From positions 8,137-72,136 of the forward strand of contig NZ_DJFS01000018.1 in assembly GCF_002432125.1 (NCBI RefSeq): a stretch of 64,000 nt of DNA, read 5' to 3'. Below, one piece after another: positions 52,193-60,523 of the stretch (within the stretch, counting starts at the first letter, position 1; each line of letters opens with the position of its first letter). A program made the translations under genes and the position numbers. The stretch is from Brevundimonas sp. UBA5866 (GTDB lineage: Bacteria; Pseudomonadota; Alphaproteobacteria; Caulobacterales; Caulobacteraceae). The notes below the pieces were generated by a model. That model was not told the origin of the DNA. It searched no databases and worked only from the letters and a program-made list of their open reading frames with translations.

Positions 52193-54646
52193 TTTCTTCG
52201 AGTAGAAGTTGGTGATGCGATAACTCGATGGATTGAGTCCCTTACGGACTTGGTTCCAGGTTAAAGGCATCGAGAACGGGGCACCTGGTCTGCCCCGAGG
52301 TGAGTATGGCGCGACCGCGGTCGCTTTGCGGTCATTGCGTAGATAGTCGATGAAGATGCGGCCCTCGCGCTCTTTCTTGGACATGCTGATGAGATAGCGA
52401 TCAGGCGCGTTGGCAGCCATGACGCGGGCGAACTCGCGGGCAAAGGCCTTGGCCTCGGTCCAGTCCATGTCGAGATGCTCGACATAGGTGGTGACGTGCA
52501 GACCCTTGCCGCCGGTGGTTTTGCAGTGGCTGTCCAGTCCGAGATCTTTCAGTCGGTCGCGGACTTCCTTGGCTGCGGTAATCACGTCGTCGAACGACAC
52601 GTCCGGTGCGGGATCCAAATCGAAGATCAACCGCTCGGCCTTTTCAGGCTTATAGGGCACACAGTTCCAAGGGTGGATCTCGACGGCTGAAATCTGGGCT
52701 GCAGCAATCAGGCCTTCCACGGTGGCGATGCGGATATAGGGCTTCGGATCACCTTTAATCTCGACCGCTTCGATCAGCGGGGACTGGCCCTTGGCCGGAT
52801 GGCGCTGGAAGAAGCTTTGGCCCTCGATTCCGTCGGGCATGCGAATTATGGAACAGGGGCGACCGCGTATGTGCTCCAGCATTTGCTCGCCCACCCGCTC
52901 GTAATACTCGGCCAATTCGCGCTTGGTGATGGCGGGGGTGTCCTTGGTGGCAGGCCAGAGAATCTTGTCGGGGTTGGACAGATGTACGCCACGTAGCGGC
53001 GCAGTCGGTTTCGCAGGAGAGGCTTTGGGAGCAGCCTCTGGTTCATCCAACGCGACGTCCTTGGGGGCCTTGTCCTCACGCAAGCCCTTGAACGAAGCCT
53101 GTCGGATAGCCCCCGTACGGGTGAAGCCCTCAAAGGCGATCTCGGCGACCAGAACGGGTTTGACCCAATGGACGCCGGCAATGGTTTTCGGTCCATCGGG
53201 GAAGGGGCTTTGGTCCGTTTCGGCGGCCTTGAGCTTGGGCATGATCTGATCGACCGTCTTGCGACCAAAACCTGTGCCAATCCGTCCAACATGCACGAGT
53301 TTGCTGTCGCGATAGACGCCTGCGATCAGGGAGCGGAATGCGCTGCCGGTTGTGGCCCATCCGGCAATGACGACTTCCTGACCCTGTCGGCATTTTGACT
53401 TTACCCAGTCGTCGCTGCGGCCAGAACGATAGGCGGCGGCGAGGCGCTTGGAGATAATGCCCTCCAAATCCAATCTACAGGCCGACTGCAACAGGGCGGT
53501 CCCCGTTGTCTGAAAATGTTCAACGTAGCGGATAGACCCGGTGGCCTTGGCTAATCGCTTGGCCAGTTCTGCCTTGCGGTCTCTGAGGGGAAGGCCGCGG
53601 ATGTCCTGACCTCCGTCGTGCAGAAGGTCGAACGCGTAATAGGTCAGCGGCGCGTGGCTTTCGCCGCCCAGAACGGCTTGAAGCAGGGTAAAGCTCGGCC
53701 TGCCGTCTTCGTCCAAGGCCACCGCTTCGCCATCGTAAATGCCGTCCTTCAGGCCCTTTGCATCGGCGGCAATCGTGGGGAACCGCTTGGTCCAGTCTAG
53801 GCCTTTGCGGGTGCGGATAACGGGCTTGCCGCCTTCGACCCTCAGTTGCAGTCGATAGCCATCGAACTTGATCTCATGTGCCCACGCGTCTCCTGCTGGA
53901 GGGGTAGCGACGGAAGAGGCCAGTTGAGGTTCGATAAAATCCGGCAGCGGCGACACCTTTGCCCTTTTGGACTTCGCTGAGGATTTTGCAGGTGTGGGCT
54001 TCTTCTGTTTTGCGGTCCCACGCGGCAGGGTGATGAAGGGCTCCACCACAGCGGGTTTGGCGTCGGCGATCTGCTTCATGGTGCGCGATGATGCGACCGA
54101 CTTGTCGCGGGTGGTCGGCCCGCCGCGGTTTCCGGCCTTAGCGGCGCTGTCCTTGTGCTTGATCAGCATCCACGGTTTGCCCTTTTCGCCGGCCTTGGGT
54201 TTTAGCCTTACCAGCACCCACGAGCCGTGCATGCGGGTGCCCTCCATCACGAACTTTAGTTCGCCCTTCTCCAGGTGGCGCTCCACATCCTCGAAGCCGT
54301 GCTCCGGGATCCAGAGGCCTCTGTCCCAGATCATTACGGTGCCGCCGCCGTATTCCTGTTTGGGAATGGTGCCTTCAAAGTCGCCATAGTCGAGCGGGTG
54401 ATCCTCCACCGCCATGGCCAGCCGCTTATCTGCCGGATCAAGGGATGGACCTTTTGGAACGGCCCATGACAGGAAGGTGCCATTCCACTCCAGCCTCAGG
54501 TCAAAGTGCAGGCGGCTGGCGTCATGCTTGTGAATGACAAAGCGCAGTCGATCCGATGGCGCGATCTCCGCCCCGATGCCGGAAGGCTCCTCCGTTCGGG
54601 AGAAGTCGCGCATCTTGCGATAGGTTTCCAAGCGGGGATTGGGCAT
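52190..54646 (-). CDS. ligD: multidomain NHEJ DNA ligase D (phosphoesterase - ATP-dependent ligase - polymerase/primase)
   Basis: PE domain RFVIHKHDASRLHFDLRLE. Ligase adenylation motif HEIKFDGYR. Pol/primase domain LSNPDKILWP...FFQRH...FDLDP. ATG at 54646 follows the SD GGAGG. The track start at 54682 lies inside the putative promoter. The TGA stop is the last 3 nt of repeat copy C. Confidence 0.9.
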   Translation of the reverse strand: MPNPRLETYRKMRDFSRTEEPSGIGAEIAPSDRLRFVIHKHDASRLHFDLRLEWNGTFLSWAVPKGPSLDPADKRLAMAVEDHPLDYGDFEGTIPKQEYGGGTVMIWDRGLWIPEHGFEDVERHLEKGELKFVMEGTRMHGSWVLVRLKPKAGEKGKPWMLIKHKDSAAKAGNRGGPTTRDKSVASSRTMKQIADAKPAVVEPFITLPRGTAKQKKPTPAKSSAKSKRAKVSPLPDFIEPQLASSVATPPAGDAWAHEIKFDGYRLQLRVEGGKPVIRTRKGLDWTKRFPTIAADAKGLKDGIYDGEAVALDEDGRPSFTLLQAVLGGESHAPLTYYAFDLLHDGGQDIRGLPLRDRKAELAKRLAKATGSIRYVEHFQTTGTALLQSACRLDLEGIISKRLAAAYRSGRSDDWVKSKCRQGQEVVIAGWATTGSAFRSLIAGVYRDSKLVHVGRIGTGFGRKTVDQIMPKLKAAETDQSPFPDGPKTIAGVHWVKPVLVAEIAFEGFTRTGAIRQASFKGLREDKAPKDVALDEPEAAPKASPAKPTAPLRGVHLSNPDKILWPATKDTPAITKRELAEYYERVGEQMLEHIRGRPCSIIRMPDGIEGQSFFQRHPAKGQSPLIEAVEIKGDPKPYIRIATVEGLIAAAQISAVEIHPWNCVPYKPEKAERLIFDLDPAPDVSFDDVITAAKEVRDRLKDLGLDSHCKTTGGKGLHVTTYVEHLDMDWTEAKAFAREFARVMAANAPDRYLISMSKKEREGRIFIDYLRNDRKATAVAPYSPRGRPGAPFSMPLTWNQVRKGLNPSSYRITNFYSKK

Positions 54647-54665
54647 CGGGACCTCCGCAGCAGCT

Positions 54666-54690
54666 AACGATCCCGACGGCATTGCGCTCC
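54666..54690 (-). promoter_or_regulatory. EcfG/general-stress-type promoter candidate GGAGC-N16-CGTT upstream of ligD
   Basis: On the minus strand, GGAGC lies at 54690-54686, followed by a 16-nt spacer and CGTT at 54669-54666, about 20 nt upstream of the ATG at 54646. This is one mismatch to the alphaproteobacterial GGAAC-N16/17-CGTT consensus. Confidence 0.45.
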
Positions 54691-54764
54691 AACATCCACA
54701 GAATTTGGATGGGCGCGTGAATCCTTACGGGCGTACGGCGCGTTTAGGTGGGAGGGAGGCGCAA

Positions 54765-54998
54765 ATGACCGCAATGGATACAGCAGAGTTGAACCAATAC
54801 CGTGTCACGGCCACTGATCATCCGACGCGGATTGTCCAAGAGCCGACAGTCGAAGCGGCAGCGATCACCTATATCGAGGATTTCATCACGTCCCCCCCGG
54901 TGCCCGAGTTGCGGCTTTGGGTGACGGATATTGAGGACGGCCAACAGCACTGTTTCCTGCTCGATCTCGAGACGGGGGAAGTGGAAGCCTGCGTCTGA
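54765..54998 (+). CDS. small acidic hypothetical protein (77 aa) between ligD and ku
   Basis: ATG at 54765 is preceded by GGGAGGGAGG. Product: MTAMDTAELNQYRVTATDHPTRIVQEPTVEAAAITYIEDFITSPPVPELRLWVTDIEDGQQHCFLLDLETGEVEACV. I do not recognise a family. Confidence 0.4.
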   Translation: MTAMDTAELNQYRVTATDHPTRIVQEPTVEAAAITYIEDFITSPPVPELRLWVTDIEDGQQHCFLLDLETGEVEACV

Positions 54999-55027
54999 AA
55001 GAACGATTTGGCGCAAAGGCCGTTTGT

Positions 55028-55053
55028 GGAAAGTCGCTTTTGATCAGGCTGTT
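55028..55053 (+). promoter_or_regulatory. weak EcfG-type promoter candidate GGAAA-N17-TGTT upstream of ku
   Basis: Read directly, 18 nt upstream of the ku ATG (55071). Two mismatches to the consensus. Confidence 0.3.
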
Positions 55054-55070
55054 CACAACGAGGTGCGTCC

Positions 55071-55931
55071 ATGGCTCCCAGACCCAGTTGGCAAGGTCAC
55101 TTGAAGCTGTCGTTGGTGACCTGTCCGGTAGCGCTCTATACCGCGACCTCTACGGGCGGCGATGTCCACTTCAACTTGATTAATCCGAAGACCAATAACC
55201 GGATCAAGATGATTACAACCGATCCTGATACGGGGCCGATTTCGCGTTCGGATCTGGTGAAGGGATATGAGGTTTCAAAGGGTGAATACGTCCTGCTGAC
55301 CGACGAAGAGATCAAGTCGGTCAAGCTGGAAAGCAACAAGACCATCGACATCGAGAGCTTTGTCCCAGCCAAGGATATCGACCGGATCTATTGGGATAAT
55401 CCCTATTTTCTCGCCCCTGATGGCAAGATTGGACAGGACGCCTTTAACGTCATTCGCACGGCGATGGAGAAGTCAGGCAAGATCGCCTTGGCGCGTGTTG
55501 TTATGTCGACCCGCGAGCGGTTGTTGGCGCTGGAGCCGCGCGGCAAGGGCATCTTGGCCTACACGCTGCGCACCGATGACGAGGTGCGACAACCGGACGA
55601 AGTATTTGGCGGCATTTCCACGGCGAAGGCTGACGCCGACATGATCAAGATCGCCGAGAAGATCATCGAGCAGAAAGCTGGCCCCTTTGATCCCAGCAAG
55701 TTCAACGACCGTTATGAGGAAGCGTTGAAAGCTCTGATCGCTGACAAACAAAAGGGCAAGAAGCCCGCCAAGATCGCCGCGCCCAAGGAAGACAATGTTG
55801 TGGACCTGATGGCGGCTTTGCGGGCCAGTCTGAACGCCAAGGCGGGGCGGGCGGCCAGCAAACCTGCTTCCAAGCCGTCGACTAAAGCGGCTTCTAAAGC
55901 CAGCAAACCGCGCACACGCAAGGCGGGATGA
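55071..55931 (+). CDS. ku: Ku DNA-end-binding protein with a basic Lys/Ala/Ser/Pro tail
   Basis: N-terminus RPSWQGHLKLSLVTCPVALYTA is the canonical bacterial Ku start. The C-terminal tail is AKAGRAASKPASKPSTKAASKASKPRTRKAG. Confidence 0.9.
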   Translation: MAPRPSWQGHLKLSLVTCPVALYTATSTGGDVHFNLINPKTNNRIKMITTDPDTGPISRSDLVKGYEVSKGEYVLLTDEEIKSVKLESNKTIDIESFVPAKDIDRIYWDNPYFLAPDGKIGQDAFNVIRTAMEKSGKIALARVVMSTRERLLALEPRGKGILAYTLRTDDEVRQPDEVFGGISTAKADADMIKIAEKIIEQKAGPFDPSKFNDRYEEALKALIADKQKGKKPAKIAAPKEDNVVDLMAALRASLNAKAGRAASKPASKPSTKAASKASKPRTRKAG

Positions 55932-55937
55932 TCTGTC

Positions 55938-56954
55938 GTGGGGAGCGATGCTGCCGTGACAGAAGACTTACCGGCCGGACTGCGCTGGTGTTCGGACGAA
56001 ATAGAAGGCATCCGCCGTAAACGCGCCGGTCGAGGCTTCTGCTATCTTGACCCCGATGGCACCCGTGTGACTGACGAAAAGGTGTTGGCGCGTATTCGCG
56101 CCTTGGCGATACCACCTGCGTGGACGCAGGTCTGGATTTGTCCCCACAGGAACGGCCACATCCAGGCGACCGGGCGTGATGCACGCGGACGGAAGCAGTA
56201 TCGCTATCACCCCAATTGGATCACAGCGCAGTCGGAGAACAAGTTTGCCCGCATGCCAGCCTTTGCGGCGGCCCTGCCCAGGCTGGAAGCGGCTATTGAA
56301 ACGGGCCTCGCCCGCCGCAAGTTCGATCAGGAAAAGGTGGTAGCCACAGCTATGCGCCTGATGGAGCTAAGCCTGATCCGTGTGGGCAATGCCCGCTATT
56401 CTCGCGAGAACAGCAGCTTTGGCCTGACGACCCTGCGCAAACGCCATATCGAGGTAAGCGGCACAGAGCTGCGGCTGCGTTTCCGGGGCAAGAGCGGGAT
56501 TGTCCATGACCTGAATGTGCAGGATCGCCGTTTGGCTACGGGCGTGCGGCGCCTCAGCGAACTGCCGGGGCAAACTCTGTTTCAGTACGAGGATGACGAA
56601 GGACAGTTCCACGCTGTCACTTCGGACGACATCAACGCCTTTATCCGCGAACACATGGGCGGGGATTTTTCGGCCAAGGATTTTCGGACCTGGGCCGCGA
56701 CCGTCTGCGTCGCCCGGGCGCTTTGCGATACCGATCCGCCCACATCGGCGGCGGATGCCAAGCGCAAGGCCAATACCTGCATCCGAGAGGCGGCGTCCCT
56801 GTTGGGCAATACGCTTGCCGTTTGTCGAAGCGCGTACGTCCACCCGCGGGTTATCGACATGTTCGAGCGTGGCGAGATTGCCGAGGCACTGCCTCGCACC
56901 TCGGCCAAATCATTCGAACGCGCATTAGCCAAGGCATTGGCCGTCGACGGTTGA
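55938..56954 (+). CDS. DNA topoisomerase IB (poxvirus-like bacterial type)
   Basis: IRALAIPPAWTQVWICPHRNGHIQATGRDARGRKQYRYHP, SAKDFRTWAATV and the active-site Tyr context LAVCRSAYVHP. The gene starts 6 nt after the ku stop. Confidence 0.85.
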   Translation: MGSDAAVTEDLPAGLRWCSDEIEGIRRKRAGRGFCYLDPDGTRVTDEKVLARIRALAIPPAWTQVWICPHRNGHIQATGRDARGRKQYRYHPNWITAQSENKFARMPAFAAALPRLEAAIETGLARRKFDQEKVVATAMRLMELSLIRVGNARYSRENSSFGLTTLRKRHIEVSGTELRLRFRGKSGIVHDLNVQDRRLATGVRRLSELPGQTLFQYEDDEGQFHAVTSDDINAFIREHMGGDFSAKDFRTWAATVCVARALCDTDPPTSAADAKRKANTCIREAASLLGNTLAVCRSAYVHPRVIDMFERGEIAEALPRTSAKSFERALAKALAVDG

Positions 56955-57002
56955 ACGCAAGCCCTTATGGAACAGAACCGATCACACAGGGAGATATGCA
57001 CC

Positions 57003-57896
57003 ATGGAGAACCGGTCATCGATGCAGGATCCGCGGGAACAGTATCCTCGGCCCCCGTTTCCGGATCAGGAACAGACAGCACCGGGTCTGGTCAAGTGCAT
57101 GACACCGGCCCCGGACCATGGCGAGACAAGTTATCGCGGGCATGGCCGACTGGCGGGGCGTCGTGCCCTGATAACTGGCGGCGATTCCGGCATCGGGCGC
57201 GCCGTCGCTATAGGGTTTGCGAGAGAAGGTGCCGATGTCGCTATAGCTTATCTACCGTCCGAAGAAGCTGATGCGGCCGAGGTCATCAAACTGATCGAAG
57301 CGGAAGGCGTAAAGGCTTTGGCACTGGCCGGTGACGTTCGTGACGAGGCGTGGAATGAAACCATGGTCGCACGCACGGTTGATGCGTTCGGCGGGTTGGA
57401 CATCCTCGTAGTCAATGCGGGACGCCAGCAATACCGCGATGATCTGTCGGAGTTTTCGACCAGCGATTTCGACGCGACGATGAAGACCAATCTCTATGCC
57501 CTGCACTGGTTATGTCAGGCGGCGATGCCGGTCATGCCCGCAGGTGCCGCCATCATCACGACAGCGTCTATTCAGGCGTATGAGCCCAGTGACATCCTGC
57601 TGGACTATGCAACCACGAAGGGCGGCATCGTTACCTATACGAAGGCGTTGGCAAAACAGGCGATCGAGCGCGGCATTCGCGTCAATGCCGTCGCCCCCGG
57701 TCCATTCTGGACAGTGCTTCAGCCCAGCGGCGGGCAACCCGACGAAAAGGTCCGGAATTTCGGCGCGCATAGTGCTTTTGGCAGACCCGGACAGCCGGTC
57801 GAGATCGCGCCCGTCTATGTTCTTCTGGCGTCACAGGAAGCCAGTTTCGTCACTGGTGAAGTATGGGGCGTGACCGGTGGCGCGGGCATCGGCTAG
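57003..57896 (+). CDS. short-chain dehydrogenase/reductase of the YghA / general-stress-protein-39 type
   Basis: QYPRPPFPDQEQTAPGLVKCMTPAPDHGE leader typical of this subfamily, ALITGGDSGIGRAVA cofactor motif and YATTKGG (YxxxK). The start is at 57003 or 57021. Confidence 0.9.
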   Translation: MENRSSMQDPREQYPRPPFPDQEQTAPGLVKCMTPAPDHGETSYRGHGRLAGRRALITGGDSGIGRAVAIGFAREGADVAIAYLPSEEADAAEVIKLIEAEGVKALALAGDVRDEAWNETMVARTVDAFGGLDILVVNAGRQQYRDDLSEFSTSDFDATMKTNLYALHWLCQAAMPVMPAGAAIITTASIQAYEPSDILLDYATTKGGIVTYTKALAKQAIERGIRVNAVAPGPFWTVLQPSGGQPDEKVRNFGAHSAFGRPGQPVEIAPVYVLLASQEASFVTGEVWGVTGGAGIG

Positions 57897-57910
57897 AGCG
57901 CATTAAGGCC

Positions 57911-58729
57911 ATGGGACTTAGCAAAGCCAACCATAAGGAGCGGGATTCCTATTGGCGCGATCTCGGGCGTGCCTTTGGCGGTGCGTTGTTGTTCTCGCTG
58001 CCATTGTTGATGACGATGGAGATGTGGCGACTGGGCATGACTTTGGAGCCTTGGCGTCAGCTACTGTTCCTGCTGGCCAGTTTGCCAGTGCTTTACGGTC
58101 TGGCCCATTATGCCGGTTTCACGCCCAGTCGGGGTAGTTGGGATAATCTGGTCGAGGTGGCCGCTGCCCTATGTGTCGCGGCAGTTACGGGTGCGGTTCT
58201 ATTGGCGCTAACGGGCGCTTGGGAGTTGGGAAACGTTCGCGTCGCAATGGGGCAGCTGACCTTGCAGCTTGTGCCCGCTGCCATAGGAGCCCTGCTCGCA
58301 CGCAAACAGCTGGCGGCCGACAGCAAACAGGACGGTGTGCGCAAAGGTGATTTTCTTGGCGAACTGTTCTTGATGATGGCCGGTGCGCTTTTTCTGGCTC
58401 TGAGCCTCGCTCCGACAGAGGAAATGCAGCTCATCGCTTACCGGATCGGCCCCGAGGCGACATTGGTGGTGATGGGGTTGTCGTTACTCCTGCTCCACAT
58501 CTTCGTGTTTGAAGTGGGCTTTGCCGGTCAGGAAGAACGGGAGACCCCATTGGGCGCGTTATTGCATTTTACCATCCCCGGCTATGCCATTTGCCTGTTG
58601 GCCAGCATGGGTATTCTGACGCTTCTGGGCATGAATGATGCGCATGGCACGGGGGCAATCATGGCCAATACGGTTGTGCTGGCATTTCCTGCATCGTTGG
58701 GCGCGGCCGCAGCGAGGCTTTTGGTATGA
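57911..58729 (+). CDS. integral membrane protein (TIGR02587-like by memory)
   Basis: Product begins MGLSKANHKERDSYWRDLGRAFGGALLFSLPLLMTMEMWRLG, followed by about 6 hydrophobic helices. The gene starts 14 nt after the SDR stop. Confidence 0.6.
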   Translation: MGLSKANHKERDSYWRDLGRAFGGALLFSLPLLMTMEMWRLGMTLEPWRQLLFLLASLPVLYGLAHYAGFTPSRGSWDNLVEVAAALCVAAVTGAVLLALTGAWELGNVRVAMGQLTLQLVPAAIGALLARKQLAADSKQDGVRKGDFLGELFLMMAGALFLALSLAPTEEMQLIAYRIGPEATLVVMGLSLLLLHIFVFEVGFAGQEERETPLGALLHFTIPGYAICLLASMGILTLLGMNDAHGTGAIMANTVVLAFPASLGAAAARLLV

Positions 58730-59103
58730 GGTTGGGTTTAAAGCGCCGGCCACGGCCCCGATTTACACGCATTAAGGCTGTCGTCGCCGGGTTGGGCTTG
58801 GTGATCGTTCTGACTTGCGTGACCGTTCTAGTGATCGAAAGCCTGAAGGGTGGAGAGCAGGCCCTTTTATCGGCGCGTGTGCTCGACACAGCTCTCACTA
58901 CGGAAGGTCGTCAGCTTAGCGTGCAGATCGACAACAAAGGCGGGCGAACTGCGTCCGAGGTTACTGTCACGGCTGCAACCGCCAAGGAAGCAGTTCAGGC
59001 CGTTATCGACTATGTCCCAGCGCGCGGAAGCCGTGACGTTGTTATTCGCGTCCCCGCTGAAGGCGAGGTAGAGATCACTGTCGACAGTTGGATCGACCCT
59101 TAA
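58726..59103 (+). CDS. single-pass membrane protein partner (TIGR02588-like by memory)
   Basis: ATGA overlap with the upstream gene. One N-terminal TM segment (VVAGLGLVIVLTCVTVLVI), then a soluble beta-rich domain. Confidence 0.5.
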   Translation: MRLGLKRRPRPRFTRIKAVVAGLGLVIVLTCVTVLVIESLKGGEQALLSARVLDTALTTEGRQLSVQIDNKGGRTASEVTVTAATAKEAVQAVIDYVPARGSRDVVIRVPAEGEVEITVDSWIDP

Positions 59104-59114
59104 ACATCAGTGGA

Positions 59115-59288
59115 TTATGGATGGCGTTTAAAGGTGTCGCCCACTTCCTTCGCATCGGGGCCATCCGGTCCGGCACGTTTGCGGGACTCGGCTTGCGTTT
59201 TTTGCGCCTTCTTAGCCGAAGCATCGGGAGTTGATTTAGTTACAGGTACGGCACCGTTACGTGTGCGGCCCGACGATTGATCAGACAT
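59115..59288 (-). CDS. small basic hydrophilic protein (57 aa)
   Basis: Product: MSDQSSGRTRNGAVPVTKSTPDASAKKAQKTQAESRKRAGPDGPDAKEVGDTFKRHP. Its ATG at 59288 overlaps the end of the upstream small gene by 8 nt. Confidence 0.45.
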   Translation of the reverse strand: MSDQSSGRTRNGAVPVTKSTPDASAKKAQKTQAESRKRAGPDGPDAKEVGDTFKRHP

Positions 59289-59481
59289 TGGGTTTCTCCT
59301 GAGGGGCTTGTGCTGAAGGTGGGGTGGATGTGTCGTTGGATTGGGTCCTAAAAAACGCCATCGCAGCGATGGCCACATAGACCACAGCGAACAGGGCTAG
59401 AAGAGCCATCAAGAACCGGATGAGTGATCGCGGCTTCTTGAGTACGGCAGGCTTTTCATCATCAACATCGGACGGGGTCAT
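59281..59481 (-). CDS. small single-pass membrane protein (66 aa)
   Basis: Product: MTPSDVDDEKPAVLKKPRSLIRFLMALLALFAVVYVAIAAMAFF..., with a GGAAC-N17-CATC motif upstream. Confidence 0.45.
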   Translation of the reverse strand: MTPSDVDDEKPAVLKKPRSLIRFLMALLALFAVVYVAIAAMAFFRTQSNDTSTPPSAQAPQEKPNV

Positions 59482-59507
59482 TTTGCGCGTCCCTTCTGTG
59501 CCTAAGG

Positions 59508-59533
59508 GATGCCTGTGCGAACTTAATTGTTCC
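59508..59533 (-). promoter_or_regulatory. EcfG-like promoter candidate GGAAC-N17-CATC upstream of the small-protein pair
   Basis: On the minus strand, GGAAC lies at 59533-59529, followed by a 17-nt spacer and CATC at 59511-59508, about 27 nt upstream of the ATG at 59481. The -35 is perfect and the -10 is imperfect. Confidence 0.35.
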
Positions 59534-59780
59534 AAAATGTCGTTCACTAAGTCGGATGGGCTACCCAACAAGAAGACTAGTTAGCGGTAGAGGTCGGCGT
59601 CTGGATTGGTCTTTCCCATAGGATCTGGCTGGCGATGACTGAGTAGGTAATGCCCTTGAGGCTCAAACATCGACGATGCCGGGCGTTAAATGGGCGGCAC
59701 GTGGTTGCCTGCGTCGATTTTCGGGGAGGCAAAGAACACATCAGTTCACACTCTCCAAAGTGACCCACTCTTGTTTGGGA

Positions 59781-59798
59781 GACCACTTAAGCTGAGCA
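59781..59798 (+). repeat. fourth, partial copy of the 52.1-kb repeat (GACCACTTAAG then CTGAGCA)
   Basis: The first 11 nt are identical to copies A/B. The second half contains TGAGCA, the reverse complement of the TGCTCA found in copies A-C. Confidence 0.6.
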
Positions 59799-59841
59799 CT
59801 CGAGTGCAGATTAAAGCCCCGCGATACTACCAATATGGTGT

Positions 59842-59991
59842 TCAGCAGGCCTTGCAGGCACGGTCTTGGCGAGCGACCCCGACCAAGCCGCCGAGCACGC
59901 CGCAGCCGATAAATACGGCTGCCAGAATCCCGTCCACCCATCCATCCAGCGCATAGTTGGCCCCTTGGTCAGGCCGAAAGGGATCTGCCAT
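59842..59991 (-). CDS. possible 49-aa membrane peptide (below the ORF-track length cutoff)
   Basis: My own translation: MADPFRPDQGANYALDGWVDGILAAVFIGCGVLGGLVGVARQDRACKAC. There is one hydrophobic helix and no further support. Confidence 0.25.
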   Translation of the reverse strand: MADPFRPDQGANYALDGWVDGILAAVFIGCGVLGGLVGVARQDRACKAC

Positions 59992-60062
59992 TGGCCGAGA
60001 TTCCCGTGGGCCGGAGTCGCTACCTAGGCCAGCCGCTGAGGATCATCTCCATGCCCGGCGCG

Positions 60063-60088
60063 GGAACGCTACAGTTTGGCACCGCATT
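60063..60088 (+). promoter_or_regulatory. EcfG-like promoter candidate GGAAC-N17-CATT
   Basis: GGAAC at 60063-60067 and CATT at 60085-60088, 22 nt upstream of the ATG at 60110, which has the SD AAGGAG. Confidence 0.4.
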
Positions 60089-60109
60089 TCCTTCTAAAAG
60101 GAGATTGCA

Positions 60110-60523
60110 ATGTCAGGCACATACAGCGACCCCAAAGGCCACGAGAGACACGTGCCAGGTAAAGTGGACCACGCCCCCGATCCATCCAAAGACGTGATGG
60201 TAGACGGCAACGGCAGCCCGACAAAGATTGGCACTGAAACGCTTATGAATGGCGATCCGGGCGAGGACACTCGTGGCGTAGGTCAAGAAAATATCAGCGC
60301 AAAGCCCGTAGGGGGCCCGGACAAATGCGAACCTATCGAAGCTGATCGAGGGCCCCGACGAGTCAGTGCCTTAGCGGGGCAAGGCCGCCAGCATATAATC
60401 GACCGGCGACAGGCTACCGGCCTTCAAGAAGGCGATCCGAACAAAAAACCTGCGACTTCTAATGTTCGAGAGCAACGTCAGTATCCTGAGGGCAATACGC
60501 CCAAGGTTGGCTCTGCCGATTAG
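60110..60523 (+). CDS. hydrophilic, Gly/Pro/Asp/Lys-rich probable stress protein (137 aa)
   Basis: Product begins MSGTYSDPKGHERHVPGKVDHAPDPSKD. Low-complexity, disordered-looking composition with a strong SD. No recognisable family. Confidence 0.5.
   Translation: MSGTYSDPKGHERHVPGKVDHAPDPSKDVMVDGNGSPTKIGTETLMNGDPGEDTRGVGQENISAKPVGGPDKCEPIEADRGPRRVSALAGQGRQHIIDRRQATGLQEGDPNKKPATSNVREQRQYPEGNTPKVGSAD

Noticed and set aside
57035-57058. GGAAC-N15-CGTT motif resembling an EcfG promoter
   Set aside because: It lies inside the conserved N-terminal coding region of the YghA-type SDR (REQYPRPPFP). The spacer is also one nt short, so it is most likely coincidental.
52040-59800. Possibility that 52.0-59.8 kb is an intact mobile element (genomic island or transposon) bounded by the ACCACTTAAG repeats
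   Set aside because: There is no integrase, transposase, tRNA target or matching inverted terminal copy. The distal copy is only partial. I therefore report the repeats as an observation, not as a called mobile element.
59577-59956. Track ORFs 59577..59786 (-), 59690..59956 (+) and 59741..59941 (-)
   Set aside because: They mutually overlap, have no SD and have an implausible Arg/Ser/Cys-rich composition. The only candidate I kept here, at low confidence, is the 49-aa membrane peptide at 59842..59991.
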